DNA of 64,000 bases from positions 108,110 to 172,109 of the forward strand of contig CAWAGK010000017.1 in assembly GCA_963781685.1 (NCBI GenBank), read 5' to 3'. Shown in pieces: positions 1 through 9,666 of this stretch; positions within the stretch are counted from its first letter, which is position 1, and each line of letters opens with the position of its first letter. The DNA comes from an uncultured Actinomycetota bacterium. GTDB lineage: Bacteria > Actinomycetota > Actinomycetes > Mycobacteriales > Mycobacteriaceae. The position numbers were made by a program, and so were the translations under genes. The notes below the pieces were generated by a model that saw only the letters and a program-made list of their open reading frames with translations, had not been told where the DNA came from and did no database searches.

Positions 1-486
1 TACGGCACCTTCGTGCTCGGTTCCTTCTACATCATCCCCAGCATTCTTGCGGTGCGGGGCACCGGAATGGACGGCGTTGTGAAGGTGCAGGAATGGCGCG
101 ACCGCATCGACGATAACCCGGCCAACAAGCAGCGGTTCCTCGACTTCGACTCCGACGAGTTCCTCAAGGTGATGCTGCGCTGGCTCAACGCGTTCGTTTC
201 CAAGCCGGGACAGACGATTCCGGGCGTCGAGGACGAAATGTTCGATCGCATAAAGGTCCCCACGTTGATCATTCGTGGCGGCGAGAACGACATGGACCAC
301 CCCAAACGGACGTCGCTGGAAGTCAGCTGCCTGATCAAGGGATCGAAGTTGATCGACCCGCCGTGGCCGGAGGACGCGTGGGAGCGTGCGTCCGAAGAGC
401 GCGCGGCGGGCAAGGTGAAGCACTTCAACATGTTCGACACCTGGGTGAAGGCGGCCCCGGCGATCCTCGAATTCCTAGGGCGCTAA
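1..486 (+). CDS. Alpha/beta hydrolase family protein, 5'-truncated by window edge
   Basis: Frame open from base 1; C-terminal hydrolase-like segment (IKVPTLIIRGGENDMDHP); stop at 484-486. Confidence 0.6.
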   Translation, partial: YGTFVLGSFYIIPSILAVRGTGMDGVVKVQEWRDRIDDNPANKQRFLDFDSDEFLKVMLRWLNAFVSKPGQTIPGVEDEMFDRIKVPTLIIRGGENDMDHPKRTSLEVSCLIKGSKLIDPPWPEDAWERASEERAAGKVKHFNMFDTWVKAAPAILEFLGR

Positions 487-491
487 TGCAT

Positions 492-965
492 TTACCGCGT
501 GTGAATGTGGACCTCGCAGTTGAGCGAGGCCTCCAGGGCTGTGTGGACCCGGCTCTCGGGGATGCGGTCCAGGTCTTCCTCCCGCAGCGTCACGTGGACG
601 ATGTCGTAGCCGTCGTCGCCCGGTGCCCGGATGATGTCGCCGGTGAGCCCGAAGCCCGCCAACACACCGTGCGCGTCGTCGTCGGTTCCCCTGCTGACAA
701 AGGTCACCACACCGGGCAACGCCGTGCCGCCAAAGGCCTTGGTGCACATCTCGATTGCCGTGCGCTTGGCCGTGTCGGCGTCTTCGGCAGCGATGAGCAA
801 TTCCACCTCTCGGCGACTGGTCGGCATCGACGTGAGCTCGCATGCCACTATGTCGACGCCCGCCTCGCCGACGAGCCTAAGGAGGACCACCATGCCCTCT
901 CGTAGCCGCGCATGCGTGAATCGTCCCTCAGGGTCGATGTTGACGCGCACCACGGCAGTCCGCAT
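492..965 (-). CDS. Conserved hypothetical protein (157 aa)
   Basis: Coherent ORF filling the gap, convergent with the hydrolase and divergent from the NuoF-like gene; no recognisable motif. Confidence 0.7.
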   Translation of the reverse strand: MRTAVVRVNIDPEGRFTHARLREGMVVLLRLVGEAGVDIVACELTSMPTSRREVELLIAAEDADTAKRTAIEMCTKAFGGTALPGVVTFVSRGTDDDAHGVLAGFGLTGDIIRAPGDDGYDIVHVTLREEDLDRIPESRVHTALEASLNCEVHIHTR

Positions 966-1002
966 GCGCGAAAGCGTAACTGCAGGGTCGGCGAGCTAGT
1001 TC

Positions 1003-2316
1003 ATGAACACCAGCCAGATGACCACCCAGGCCGGACCGATCACCGTGGCGACCGCGCCGGGCTGCCCGCCGAGGCTGCTGGGCGAGCAGCCCCAAACCCG
1101 CGAGGGCCTCGCGGCGTACCGGGCACGGGGGGGCTATCGGCCACTGACCGACGCCGACGAACTGCTGAGCGAGGTCGAGTCCAGCGGGCTGGTCGGTCGC
1201 GGCGGCGCGGCCTTCCCGCTCGCGGTGAAGTTGCGCACGGTTCGCGATAACGGCAGCCGCGCGGGCGGCACCGTCGCCGTCGCCAACGGCGAAGAGGGAG
1301 AACCGGCTTCGATCAAGGACCGCTGGCTGCTGCGCAACCGCCCGCACCTGGTTCTGGACGGGCTGCGGCTGGCCGCTGTGATGGTGGCCGCCGACAGCGC
1401 CTACGTCTACGTGTCCGACCCCGAATCGGCCCGCAGCGTCGAAGCGGCGCTCGCAGAGCTCGGCTCCGAGCTGCACGGCATCACGGTCGACCTGCTGACG
1501 GTGCAGCCCGGGTACGTGGCCGGCGAGGAGACCGCCGCGGTCCGGGCGATCAACGGCGGCCCGGCCAAGCCGACCGACAAGCCACCACGCCCGTTCGAAG
1601 CCGGCGTCGCCGAACGGCCCACGCTGGTTAGCAACGTCGAAACGCTGGCCAACCTGCCCTTCCTGCAGAGCGAAGGCTCGGCCGCATTCCGCTCCCAGGG
1701 CACCCCGGTGTCGCCGGGCACATTCCTGGCCACCATCACCGGGGCGGGACGACCACCAGTGCTCTACGAACTGCCGCACGGTCTACCGTTCACTGAACTG
1801 CTTGCCCTGCACGGAGTTTCACCGGACCGGGTGCGAGGCGCGCTTATGGGCGGGTACTTCGCGGGCCTGCTCGACCGACGAGTGCTCGAGACATCGCTGG
1901 ATCACGAGACGATGCGCCGGTTCGACAGCGGTCTGGGCTGCGGCGCGGTCTCGGTGATCACCGACGACTGCCCGGTCGCGGTAGCCGCCGCGGTGCTGGC
2001 CTACTTCGACCGTGAAAACGCCGGCCAGTGCGGGTCATGCTTCAACGGGACGGCGGCGATGGCTGCCGCTGCGGGCGCATTGCGCGACGGCGCCGCCACC
2101 GTGGAAGACGTGGAGCGGCTGCGCCGCTGGTCGGTGGTGCTGCGCGGGCGTGGTGCCTGCGCGACCCTGGACGCCGCGACGAACGTCGCGGCAAGCCTGC
2201 TCGCTCAGTTTCCCGACGAGGTCGCCCGCCATCTGGAAGGCGCCTGCCAGAACTGCGGCAACCAACCGTTCCGCGCCGAGCGTCCCTACGAGGTGGAGAG
2301 GGTGACGCAGGCATGA
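1003..2316 (+). CDS. Stand-alone NADH:ubiquinone oxidoreductase subunit F (NuoF/51 kDa)-like flavoprotein
   Basis: GLVGRGGAAFP, NGEEGEPASIKDR, YVAGEETA, PTLVSNVETLAN and QCGSCFNG motifs; no other nuo genes nearby. Confidence 0.9.
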   Translation: MNTSQMTTQAGPITVATAPGCPPRLLGEQPQTREGLAAYRARGGYRPLTDADELLSEVESSGLVGRGGAAFPLAVKLRTVRDNGSRAGGTVAVANGEEGEPASIKDRWLLRNRPHLVLDGLRLAAVMVAADSAYVYVSDPESARSVEAALAELGSELHGITVDLLTVQPGYVAGEETAAVRAINGGPAKPTDKPPRPFEAGVAERPTLVSNVETLANLPFLQSEGSAAFRSQGTPVSPGTFLATITGAGRPPVLYELPHGLPFTELLALHGVSPDRVRGALMGGYFAGLLDRRVLETSLDHETMRRFDSGLGCGAVSVITDDCPVAVAAAVLAYFDRENAGQCGSCFNGTAAMAAAAGALRDGAATVEDVERLRRWSVVLRGRGACATLDAATNVAASLLAQFPDEVARHLEGACQNCGNQPFRAERPYEVERVTQA

Positions 2317-2609
2317 AAATTCGCCTTGACCGCACGGTCTGCGACGGCTTTGGTATTTGCGCTAAACACGCACCCGGCTACTTCTCCCTCGACGACTGGG
2401 GATACGCGTCACTGATCGGTGACGGCACCGTCGCCGAAGCTGACGAGCATGCGGTTATGAACGCACTACTGGACTGCCCGGTGCACGCCATCACCGAGAT
2501 GGGTGAGCCCAAACCCAGCATTCGCCATCCAGAGTTGCGCGACGACGAGGATCCTGCCGCGCACCTCAAAACCGAGGCCAACGAAGCGGAGTGGGGTTTC
2601 ACGCGTTGA
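2313..2609 (+). CDS. Ferredoxin (3Fe-4S/4Fe-4S type) with C-terminal extension
   Basis: ATG at 2313 overlaps NuoF stop (ATGA); MKIRLDRTVCDGFGIC...CPVHAI. Confidence 0.85.
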   Translation: MKIRLDRTVCDGFGICAKHAPGYFSLDDWGYASLIGDGTVAEADEHAVMNALLDCPVHAITEMGEPKPSIRHPELRDDEDPAAHLKTEANEAEWGFTR

Positions 2610-4261
2610 CCGAGAACACCGGACGCCCGCTGCCTCTGATCACCGACGACAATGAATTCTTCTGGCGCTCAGGCGCCGACGGCACACTGCGACTGCAGGG
2701 CTGCGCCGACTGCGACTCCCTCATCCATCCGCCGGCGCCGATCTGCCGCTACTGCCGCTCGCACCGTCTCGAGGTGCGGGCGGTGTCGGGTCGAGCGACC
2801 CTGGCCGGATTCACCATCAATCACCGATTCAGCCTGCCCGGGCTGCCCGCGCCGTACGTCGTCGCCCAGGTCGCGATCGCCGAAGACCCGCGGGTTCGAC
2901 TGACCACCAACATCATTGACTGCGACCCCGAGCAGTTGCAGCTTGGTCAGCAAGTCGAGGTCGTCTTCGAGCAGGTCGAGGACGTCTGGCTGCCGTTGTT
3001 CCGGCCTACCGAAGACACCCGACCCGCCGCGCTGCCGATCGACGAAATCGCCCCGGAGCGCTTCGGTGAATACGTCCGCCCGATGCTCACGCCGGAGAAG
3101 TTCGAAGACAAGGTCGCGCTGACCGGCATCGGCATGTCGGAGATCGGGCGCCGGTTGATGGTGCCGCCACTATCGCTGACGGTAGCCGCGTGCGAAGCCG
3201 CGATCGCCGACGCCGGCCTGACACTCGACGACATCGACGGACTGTCGACCTACCCCGGCGGGGGCAACCTCGGCGGGTTCGGCGAAGGCGGAGTCACCGC
3301 GCTGGAGGCCGCTTTGGGCATCCGGCCGACGTGGCACAACGGCGGCATCGAAACCTTCGGCCCGGGCGGCTCGGTGATCGCGGCGATGCTGGCGATCGCC
3401 GGTGGCCTGGCCCGTCACGTGCTGTGCTTCCGGACGCTTTGGGAAGCGACCTTCAACGAGCAGATGAAGCAGGGCAAGATCGTTCCGTCGATGGGCCGCA
3501 GGGCCGATTGGCTGATGCCGTTCGGTGCCACATCGGCGGCTCACACGTTGGCGCAGAACGCGCAACGCCATTTCCATCGCTACGGGACGACGAAAGAGAC
3601 GCTGGGCTGGATCGCATTGAACCAGCGCGCTAACGCCGAACTCAATCCGTCGGCGGTGTACCGGTCTCCGATGACGATGGACGACTATCTCAACGCGCGG
3701 CCGATCACCACACCGTTCGGGCTCTACGACTGTGACGTCCCCTGCGACGGGGCGATAGCCGTCATCGTCTCGGCCGTCGACGCCGCCCGCGACATGGCCA
3801 AGCCGCCGGTGTTGGTGGAGGCGGTGGGCACGCAGATCATCGAGCGAATCGATTGGGACCAAAGCACATTGACCCACGAGCCGCAGGTGCTCGGCCAATC
3901 CGCGCACCTGTGGTCACGCACCTCGCTGCGGCCCGAGGACGTCGACGTCGCCGAGCTCTACGACGGGTTCACGATGAACTGCCTGTCCTGGATCGAAGCG
4001 CTGGGGTTCTGCCGAATCGGTGAGGCCAAGGAATTCCTGGATGGCGGTAAGAACATCGCCCGAGACGGCCAGCTGCCGCTCAACACACACGGCGGTCAGC
4101 TGTCACACGGCCGAACGCATGGCATGGGTCTGCTGCACGAAGCCGTCAGCCAGTTGCGCGGTGAGGCCGGGCAGCGGCAGGTCGCCGACGCCCGCGTCGG
4201 CGTGGTGAGCAGCGGCGGCCTGACTCCCAGCGGCGTGCTGCTGCTGCGGGCTGACGCATGA
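2606..4261 (+). CDS. DUF35 (Zn-ribbon + OB-fold) fused to SCP-x/Ltp2-like thiolase-fold protein
   Basis: TTG overlaps upstream stop; N-terminal CADC...CRYC plus OB-fold (GQQVEVVFE); C-terminal thiolase fold (CDGAIAVIV, ELYDGFT, LNTHGGQLSHG). Confidence 0.88.
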   Translation: MTENTGRPLPLITDDNEFFWRSGADGTLRLQGCADCDSLIHPPAPICRYCRSHRLEVRAVSGRATLAGFTINHRFSLPGLPAPYVVAQVAIAEDPRVRLTTNIIDCDPEQLQLGQQVEVVFEQVEDVWLPLFRPTEDTRPAALPIDEIAPERFGEYVRPMLTPEKFEDKVALTGIGMSEIGRRLMVPPLSLTVAACEAAIADAGLTLDDIDGLSTYPGGGNLGGFGEGGVTALEAALGIRPTWHNGGIETFGPGGSVIAAMLAIAGGLARHVLCFRTLWEATFNEQMKQGKIVPSMGRRADWLMPFGATSAAHTLAQNAQRHFHRYGTTKETLGWIALNQRANAELNPSAVYRSPMTMDDYLNARPITTPFGLYDCDVPCDGAIAVIVSAVDAARDMAKPPVLVEAVGTQIIERIDWDQSTLTHEPQVLGQSAHLWSRTSLRPEDVDVAELYDGFTMNCLSWIEALGFCRIGEAKEFLDGGKNIARDGQLPLNTHGGQLSHGRTHGMGLLHEAVSQLRGEAGQRQVADARVGVVSSGGLTPSGVLLLRADA

Positions 4262-5148
4262 GGCCGCACCCGCGGGTCGTCATCGTCGACGGCGTGCCGA
4301 TGTCCGCGCTGGTCTGCGAGGCACCCGACCCGCGGGCGGTCATCGTGGCCATCCACGGCGGAGGCACCACCTCAATCTATTTCGACTGTCCGGGGCATCC
4401 CGAATCGTCCTTCCTGCGCACCGGCGCCGCACAGGGCTTCACCGTGATAGCGCTCGACCGCCCCGGCTACGGCAGCTCGGCCCCCTATCCGGAAGCGGTG
4501 GCCCGCCCCGAACAGCGTGTCCAGCTTGCCTATTCGGCTGTCGATCGCATTCTCGGTGAACGACCGCGCGGCGCCGGCGTGTTCTTGATGGGCCATTCCG
4601 GCGGATGCGAATTGACGATGCGGATGGCGGCCGACGAACGCGGTAGCGACCTGCTGGGTATCGAATTGGCCGGAACCGGAAGGCATTACCACCCGGCGGC
4701 CCGCGACATGCTGAAGACGGCAACCCGGGACCGCCGCCCGTCGGGTCTGCGTCAACTGTTGTGGCAGCCGGAAGGGCTGTATCCGCCCGAGGTGCTCAAC
4801 GGGGCAACGGTGTATCCGGGGGCTCCGCCCTACGAGGACCTGATGGTGTCCAACTGGGCCCGTCAGGACTTTCCGGCGCTTGCACCTGCGGTGCGCGTAC
4901 CGGTGCACTTCAGCATCGCCGAGTACGAGAAGGTCTGGCAGAACGACACTTCGGCGATGACTGAGATCGAGGGCACGTTCTCCAGCGTGCCGCGATTCGT
5001 CGTCCATCACCAACCCGACGCCGGACACAACATCAGCCTCGGCCACACCGCCGCGGATTACCACGCGACGGTTCTGGTGTTCGCCGAGGAATGCTTGTCT
5101 GCTCAAAAGCAAGGCACGCGTGAAAGTCCCGACTTGGAGGCCGGTTGA
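4258..5148 (+). CDS. Alpha/beta hydrolase
   Basis: HGGG oxyanion, DRPGYG, GHSGG nucleophile elbow, AGHNI. Confidence 0.85.
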   Translation: MRPHPRVVIVDGVPMSALVCEAPDPRAVIVAIHGGGTTSIYFDCPGHPESSFLRTGAAQGFTVIALDRPGYGSSAPYPEAVARPEQRVQLAYSAVDRILGERPRGAGVFLMGHSGGCELTMRMAADERGSDLLGIELAGTGRHYHPAARDMLKTATRDRRPSGLRQLLWQPEGLYPPEVLNGATVYPGAPPYEDLMVSNWARQDFPALAPAVRVPVHFSIAEYEKVWQNDTSAMTEIEGTFSSVPRFVVHHQPDAGHNISLGHTAADYHATVLVFAEECLSAQKQGTRESPDLEAG

Positions 5149-5966
5149 TGCACGTCGGATTCATTGGCTTGGGCAGTCAGGGCGGCCCGATGGCGGGGCG
5201 GATCGTCGAAGCGGGCTTTCCGACAACGCTGTGGGCGCGCCGGCCGGCGTCACTCGAGCCGTTCGCCGACACCGCGGCCAAGGTCGCCGGGTCACCGGCG
5301 GAACTCGCGGCCAGTAGCGATCTCGTTTGCCTCTGCGTAGTCGGAGACGCCGACGTCGAGGAGATCAGCGGCGGCGAGAACGGAGTGCTGGCCGGACTCA
5401 AGCCGGGCGGCGTGATCGCCATCCACAGCACCGTCCACCCCAAGACCTGCCATGAGCTATCGAAGAAGGCTGGCGCGCAAGGCGTCTCGGTGATCGACGC
5501 GCCGGTGAGCGGTGGCGCTCCGGCGGTGGCGGAACGTCGTCTGCTGGTGATGGTCGGGGGTGACGCCGACGTGGTCGAGCGCTGCCGCCCGGTGTTCGAG
5601 ACCTACGCCAACGCGATAGTGCACCTGGGCGATCTGGGCTCCGGACAAACCACCAAGCTGTTGAACAACCTGCTGTTCACCGCAAACCTGGGAACGGCGG
5701 CCTCCGCCTTGGCGCTCGGCGAGGCACTCGGCGTCCTGCCGGACCGGCTCACCGACGTCATCTCGCGCGGCAGCGGAAACAGCTTCGCGCTCAACGCTCT
5801 TGGCGGTGACACCGGCGGTTTGGACCGCCTCGCCGGTCTTGCCGGAACGCTGCTGCAGAAGGACGTGCGCTTGGTCGCCGACCTGGCCGATGCCGCCGCC
5901 GTCCCCGGCGGGGCTGTGCTCGACACGGCCGACGCCACCCTCACTCTGATGAAACACCCACGGTGA
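5148..5966 (+). CDS. NAD(P)-dependent oxidoreductase (3-hydroxyisobutyrate/6-phosphogluconate dehydrogenase family)
   Basis: GFIGLGSQG Rossmann motif, DAPVSGG, KLLNN. Confidence 0.9.
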   Translation: MHVGFIGLGSQGGPMAGRIVEAGFPTTLWARRPASLEPFADTAAKVAGSPAELAASSDLVCLCVVGDADVEEISGGENGVLAGLKPGGVIAIHSTVHPKTCHELSKKAGAQGVSVIDAPVSGGAPAVAERRLLVMVGGDADVVERCRPVFETYANAIVHLGDLGSGQTTKLLNNLLFTANLGTAASALALGEALGVLPDRLTDVISRGSGNSFALNALGGDTGGLDRLAGLAGTLLQKDVRLVADLADAAAVPGGAVLDTADATLTLMKHPR

Positions 5967-6766
5967 GAATCGGATTCATCGGCGCGGGACGGATGGGACG
6001 TCCCATGGTGGCCCGTCTCGTCGAGGCCGGTCACGACGTCGCGGCCGTGGGCCGCACCGCCGAAAATCGCTCCACTATTGCCCAATTGGGCGCCGACGCG
6101 GTCGCCGACATGGCTGAGGCGACGGTCAATGCGGACGCGGTGGTGATCTGCGTGTTCACCGACGAACAGCTGCGGCAGATCTGTGTGGATGACAGCCTGC
6201 TCGCGACCATGTCGCCGGGCTCAGCCCTGGTGGTGCACACCACGGCAAGTCCGCACACGGTCGAGACCATCGCCGTACGCGCAGCAGACCGCGACATCGA
6301 CGTGGTCGACGCACCGGTCAGCGGAGGCCCGCACAACGCCGCGGCCGGTGCCCTGACGCTGTTCGTCGGTGGCGCAGAGGAGGCGGTGGCCCGAGTGCGC
6401 CCGATGTTGAGCTGCTACGGCGATCCGGTCTTGCACGTCGGGCCGCTGGGTGCGGGGCAAAAGGTGAAGCTGGTCAACAATGCACTGTTCGCAGCTCACA
6501 TCGGATTGCTCTCCGGCTCCGTCGAGCTCGGTGCGCGGCTCGGCCTGCCGGAGTCGACGCTGCTCACCGCCCTTCCACACGGCAGCGCGGCGAGTCGCGT
6601 GCTGGACATCGTCGCCGCGGGCGGATCCGTCGCGTCGTTCATCGACACGGCGGGCGAGTTCGTCAGCAAAGACGTTGCCGTGGCCCGGAGCATCGCCGCC
6701 GAGATGGGCAGTGGCCTGGGCGTGCTCGACAACGCCATCGACGCGGTCATGCCGAGGGTGAGATGA
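5963..6766 (+). CDS. NAD(P)-dependent oxidoreductase (3-hydroxyisobutyrate dehydrogenase family), tandem paralogue
   Basis: GFIGAGRMG, DAPVSGG, KLVNN; GTGA overlap with the previous gene. Confidence 0.9.
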   Translation: MRIGFIGAGRMGRPMVARLVEAGHDVAAVGRTAENRSTIAQLGADAVADMAEATVNADAVVICVFTDEQLRQICVDDSLLATMSPGSALVVHTTASPHTVETIAVRAADRDIDVVDAPVSGGPHNAAAGALTLFVGGAEEAVARVRPMLSCYGDPVLHVGPLGAGQKVKLVNNALFAAHIGLLSGSVELGARLGLPESTLLTALPHGSAASRVLDIVAAGGSVASFIDTAGEFVSKDVAVARSIAAEMGSGLGVLDNAIDAVMPRVR

Positions 6767-6865
6767 GGTCTTTTCGACACGCGATGAACCGTCTACCGTT
6801 AGCGTTACAGTCAAGCATTCCGTCGTAACGGTCTAAGCCGCTCACTGGGCGGTGGGGAGGGTGCA

Positions 6866-8071
6866 ATGACCAAACCAAAGGTCGTCTTTGATCCGTTCTC
6901 CGAGGAGTACTTCACAAATCCGTTCGATATCTACCGACGAATGCGTGAGGACGCACCGCTCTACTACGACGAGAAAGAGGACTTCTACGCGCTGACCCGC
7001 CACGAAGACGTGGCCGGCGCGCTCAAGGACCATGAGACCTTTTCCTCAAGCCGTGGTTGTGACCTGGCGATGGTGCGCAGGGGTATATCCCCCGAGCAGA
7101 AGTCGATTATTTTCATGGACCCGCCGCAGCACCGCCAAATGCGCAGCCTGCTCAACAAGGCCTTCACGCCGCGGGCCATTCAATCGCAGCACGACACAGT
7201 CGTCGAGGTCGTCGACAAATACCTGAGCGCGGCCGACCCCGACGAGTTCGACGTCGTGCAGGACTTCTCCGGGCCGTTCCCCGTTGAAGTCATCACCACG
7301 ATGGCCGGAGTGCCGGAGGAATACCGCCAACAGGTACGGCACTGGATCGACACCAGCCTGCACCGGGAACCGGGACAAATCGAAATCAGCGAAGCCGGCA
7401 TGCAGGCCAACATCGACACCGCGATGTATTACTTCGGGCTGGTGCAGGAACGGCGCGAAAACCCGCAGGACGACATGCTCAGCAAGCTGATCGCCGCCGA
7501 AATCCCCGGCGAGAATGGGCAGACTCGAAAGCTCGACGATATTGAAATATGCGGTTTTGCCACGCTTCTGGGCGGGGCCGGCGCCGAGACCGTCACAAAG
7601 TTGATCGGCAGCGCGGCGGTGCTCTTCGCCCGCAACCCAGACCAATGGGAGAAGCTGAAAGAAGACCGCAGCAAGATCCCCGGCGCCGTCGAAGAATTGT
7701 TGCGCTACGAGGGACCGGTGCAGTACAACGTCCGCTGGACCTTGAAAGAGGCACACACCAGCGGTGGCACGATTCCCGCCGGCAAGCCGGTGTTCTTGAT
7801 GAAGGCCGCGGCGAACCGCGACCCCGACGCCTTCACCAACGCCGACACCTTCGACATCGAGCGCGACCAGACCGAGGCGCAGCACCTCGGTCTGGGGTAC
7901 GGAATTCACAGCTGCCTGGGTGCGGCATTGGCTCGGATGGAAAGCAGGATCGCACTGGAAAAGCTGCTGGACTTCATGCCCCGCTACGAAGTGAATTGGG
8001 AGGGCTGCAAGCGAGTCACCATGCAGAATGTCGCGGGCTGGCTGAACGTACCGGTGAAAGTATTGCGCTAA
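6866..8071 (+). CDS. Cytochrome P450
   Basis: I-helix GGAGAETV, EELLR (ExxR), heme motif GLGYGIHSCLG. Confidence 0.95.
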   Translation: MTKPKVVFDPFSEEYFTNPFDIYRRMREDAPLYYDEKEDFYALTRHEDVAGALKDHETFSSSRGCDLAMVRRGISPEQKSIIFMDPPQHRQMRSLLNKAFTPRAIQSQHDTVVEVVDKYLSAADPDEFDVVQDFSGPFPVEVITTMAGVPEEYRQQVRHWIDTSLHREPGQIEISEAGMQANIDTAMYYFGLVQERRENPQDDMLSKLIAAEIPGENGQTRKLDDIEICGFATLLGGAGAETVTKLIGSAAVLFARNPDQWEKLKEDRSKIPGAVEELLRYEGPVQYNVRWTLKEAHTSGGTIPAGKPVFLMKAAANRDPDAFTNADTFDIERDQTEAQHLGLGYGIHSCLGAALARMESRIALEKLLDFMPRYEVNWEGCKRVTMQNVAGWLNVPVKVLR

Positions 8072-8082
8072 GGGGCCTTTGA

Positions 8083-8280
8083 ATGACGAAGAGGATCGAA
8101 GTCGACTGGGGTCTGTGCGAAAGCAACGGGGTGTGCATGGGGATCATCCCGGAGGTGTTTCGGCTCGAGGATGACGACACACTGACCGTGCTGCAGGACG
8201 AAGTCACGCCGGAGAACGAAGCACAGGTGCTGGATGCGGTCCGGCAGTGCCCGCGGCAGGCCATTTCGATCACCGAATAG
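8083..8280 (+). CDS. Ferredoxin
   Basis: CESNGVC...CPRQAI directly after the P450. Confidence 0.92.
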   Translation: MTKRIEVDWGLCESNGVCMGIIPEVFRLEDDDTLTVLQDEVTPENEAQVLDAVRQCPRQAISITE

Positions 8281-8396
8281 CTATTTCGTCGATCTATTGG
8301 CCCGACGAAAGATGTTGGGCTACATCAGAGAATTCAGATGCTGCTCGGCGAGGCCCATAAAGCGCGTCAACTGCTGGAGTTAGCTTCCCAGCGTAC

Positions 8397-8434
8397 GTGT
8401 CAGACCCATGTGGCATAATCGAATGTATGTTCGA
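8397..8434 (+). promoter_or_regulatory. DNA-damage-type promoter: RecA-NDp/PafBC-like motif plus LexA SOS-like box
   Basis: GTGTCAGAC-N8-CATAAT (8397-8419) resembles tTGTCRgtg-N8-TAnnnT; TCGAATGTATGTTCGA (8419-8434) matches TCGAAC-N4-GTTCGA at 11/12 and overlaps the ATG at 8427. Confidence 0.65.
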
Positions 8435-8640
8435 AGACCGGTCACCGACGGCGTTGGTACAACAGCTGAGGACGGCGTCGCGTGCGGAGAATCAGGCCGC
8501 AGGGCAGCGCTTGGCGGTGATCGGAGAGCTGGATTCGTTGCGCCTGCGTCAGCTCGGTGAGCGTGAAACATGGTGCACCGACACGCAGGAGGCGGTGACT
8601 GCCGAGGTAGCCGCAGCGCTGTCCATTACTCAGGCGCGCT
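8427..8640 (+). pseudogene. N-terminal fragment of REP13E12/DUF222 HNH-endonuclease-family gene
   Basis: MFEDR...ASRAENQAAGQRLAVIGEL...WCTDTQEAVTAEVAAALSITQ is the typical 13E12 N-terminus; similarity stops near 8640. Confidence 0.8.
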
Positions 8641-8966
8641 GCTTTGCATTGCCTTGTCTCCCCTTAGACCCAATCGCGCGGGTAGCGTTCTCGATGTGAT
8701 GCCGAGTAGTCGCATGTTAGCGGCGCAGTCTGACAGCGTGACGAGGTAGTCATGCTGGGAGATCGTCGCGCGCCGGTTGGCCGCCGCCGCCGAGCTGGCC
8801 GAGGTGCGAATGCCGGGCGTGGGGGCCGCAATGCGCGTACCGCTGCACATGCGGGAGGTCTTCCTCGACGAGTCGTGTTCCCCTGGACATTGACCGCTAC
8901 TCACTGCGCATCGACAATTAGCACGATGGGCGGAGGGTCCGCCTGCGGTGATAAAAGGAGTTCCTG

Positions 8967-9392
8967 ATGGCAGGCGCGTTAAGCACACAGTTCGAGAAAA
9001 TCTCCGACAGCGCGAAAACCGCCAACGACAAAATCAAAGCTGCAGGCGATAAGACCAGGGACCAGCTCGACGCCGACGTCGCCAGCGCGAGAGCCAAGGC
9101 GTCCGCAGCTGCCGACCGACTCAGCGAGAAGGCTGACGCCGCCGAAGATAAAGCTTCGTCGCGGTCGCAAGAAGTCCGCCGCAAGTGGGAGGCTCATGTC
9201 GCCGAGGTGAAGGCAAACATCGAGAAGAAGAAAGCCAAACACGACGTGAAGGAGGCCGAGAGGTCCGCCAAGCTGGCTCTGGCTTTCGCGCTCGACGCGA
9301 TTGATTTCGCACAAGCCGCCATCGACGAAGCCGAGTATGCGGCGCTTGATGCTCTGTACGCGCAAGCCGCGGCAGACTCGCGGGTCTCCTGA
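8967..9392 (+). CDS. Hypothetical alanine/lysine-rich helical protein (141 aa)
   Basis: Strong RBS AAGGAG upstream; charged, all-helical composition. Confidence 0.8.
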   Translation: MAGALSTQFEKISDSAKTANDKIKAAGDKTRDQLDADVASARAKASAAADRLSEKADAAEDKASSRSQEVRRKWEAHVAEVKANIEKKKAKHDVKEAERSAKLALAFALDAIDFAQAAIDEAEYAALDALYAQAAADSRVS

Positions 9393-9666
9393 TGTGACTG
9401 GATGCGGGTTCTTTCCGACATCGTCTGGGCGCGGCTCGGCCCTGGTCGGCTCCTAGCACACTTGAGAGGCCGGGCCGCGCCCGTCAAGGCCCGCTGATTC
9501 GGGGAGCACACGTAGAGCACACGCCCGGCCAGCACAGCGCCCGACCAGCATCTCTAAAAGTGTCTTCACCGCGTCAGGTAGCATCATCGCGTCAAAGCAC
9601 TACAGACACAGCGGATCGATAATTGGCACCTAGCCTGCGGCTAACAACGGCACGCAATGTGTACGG

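Noticed and set aside
8774-8790. GGTTGGCCG.. segment as a possible phiRv1-type attB core in the 13E12 insert
   Set aside because: Short GC-rich match recalled from memory, not at either breakpoint and not duplicated
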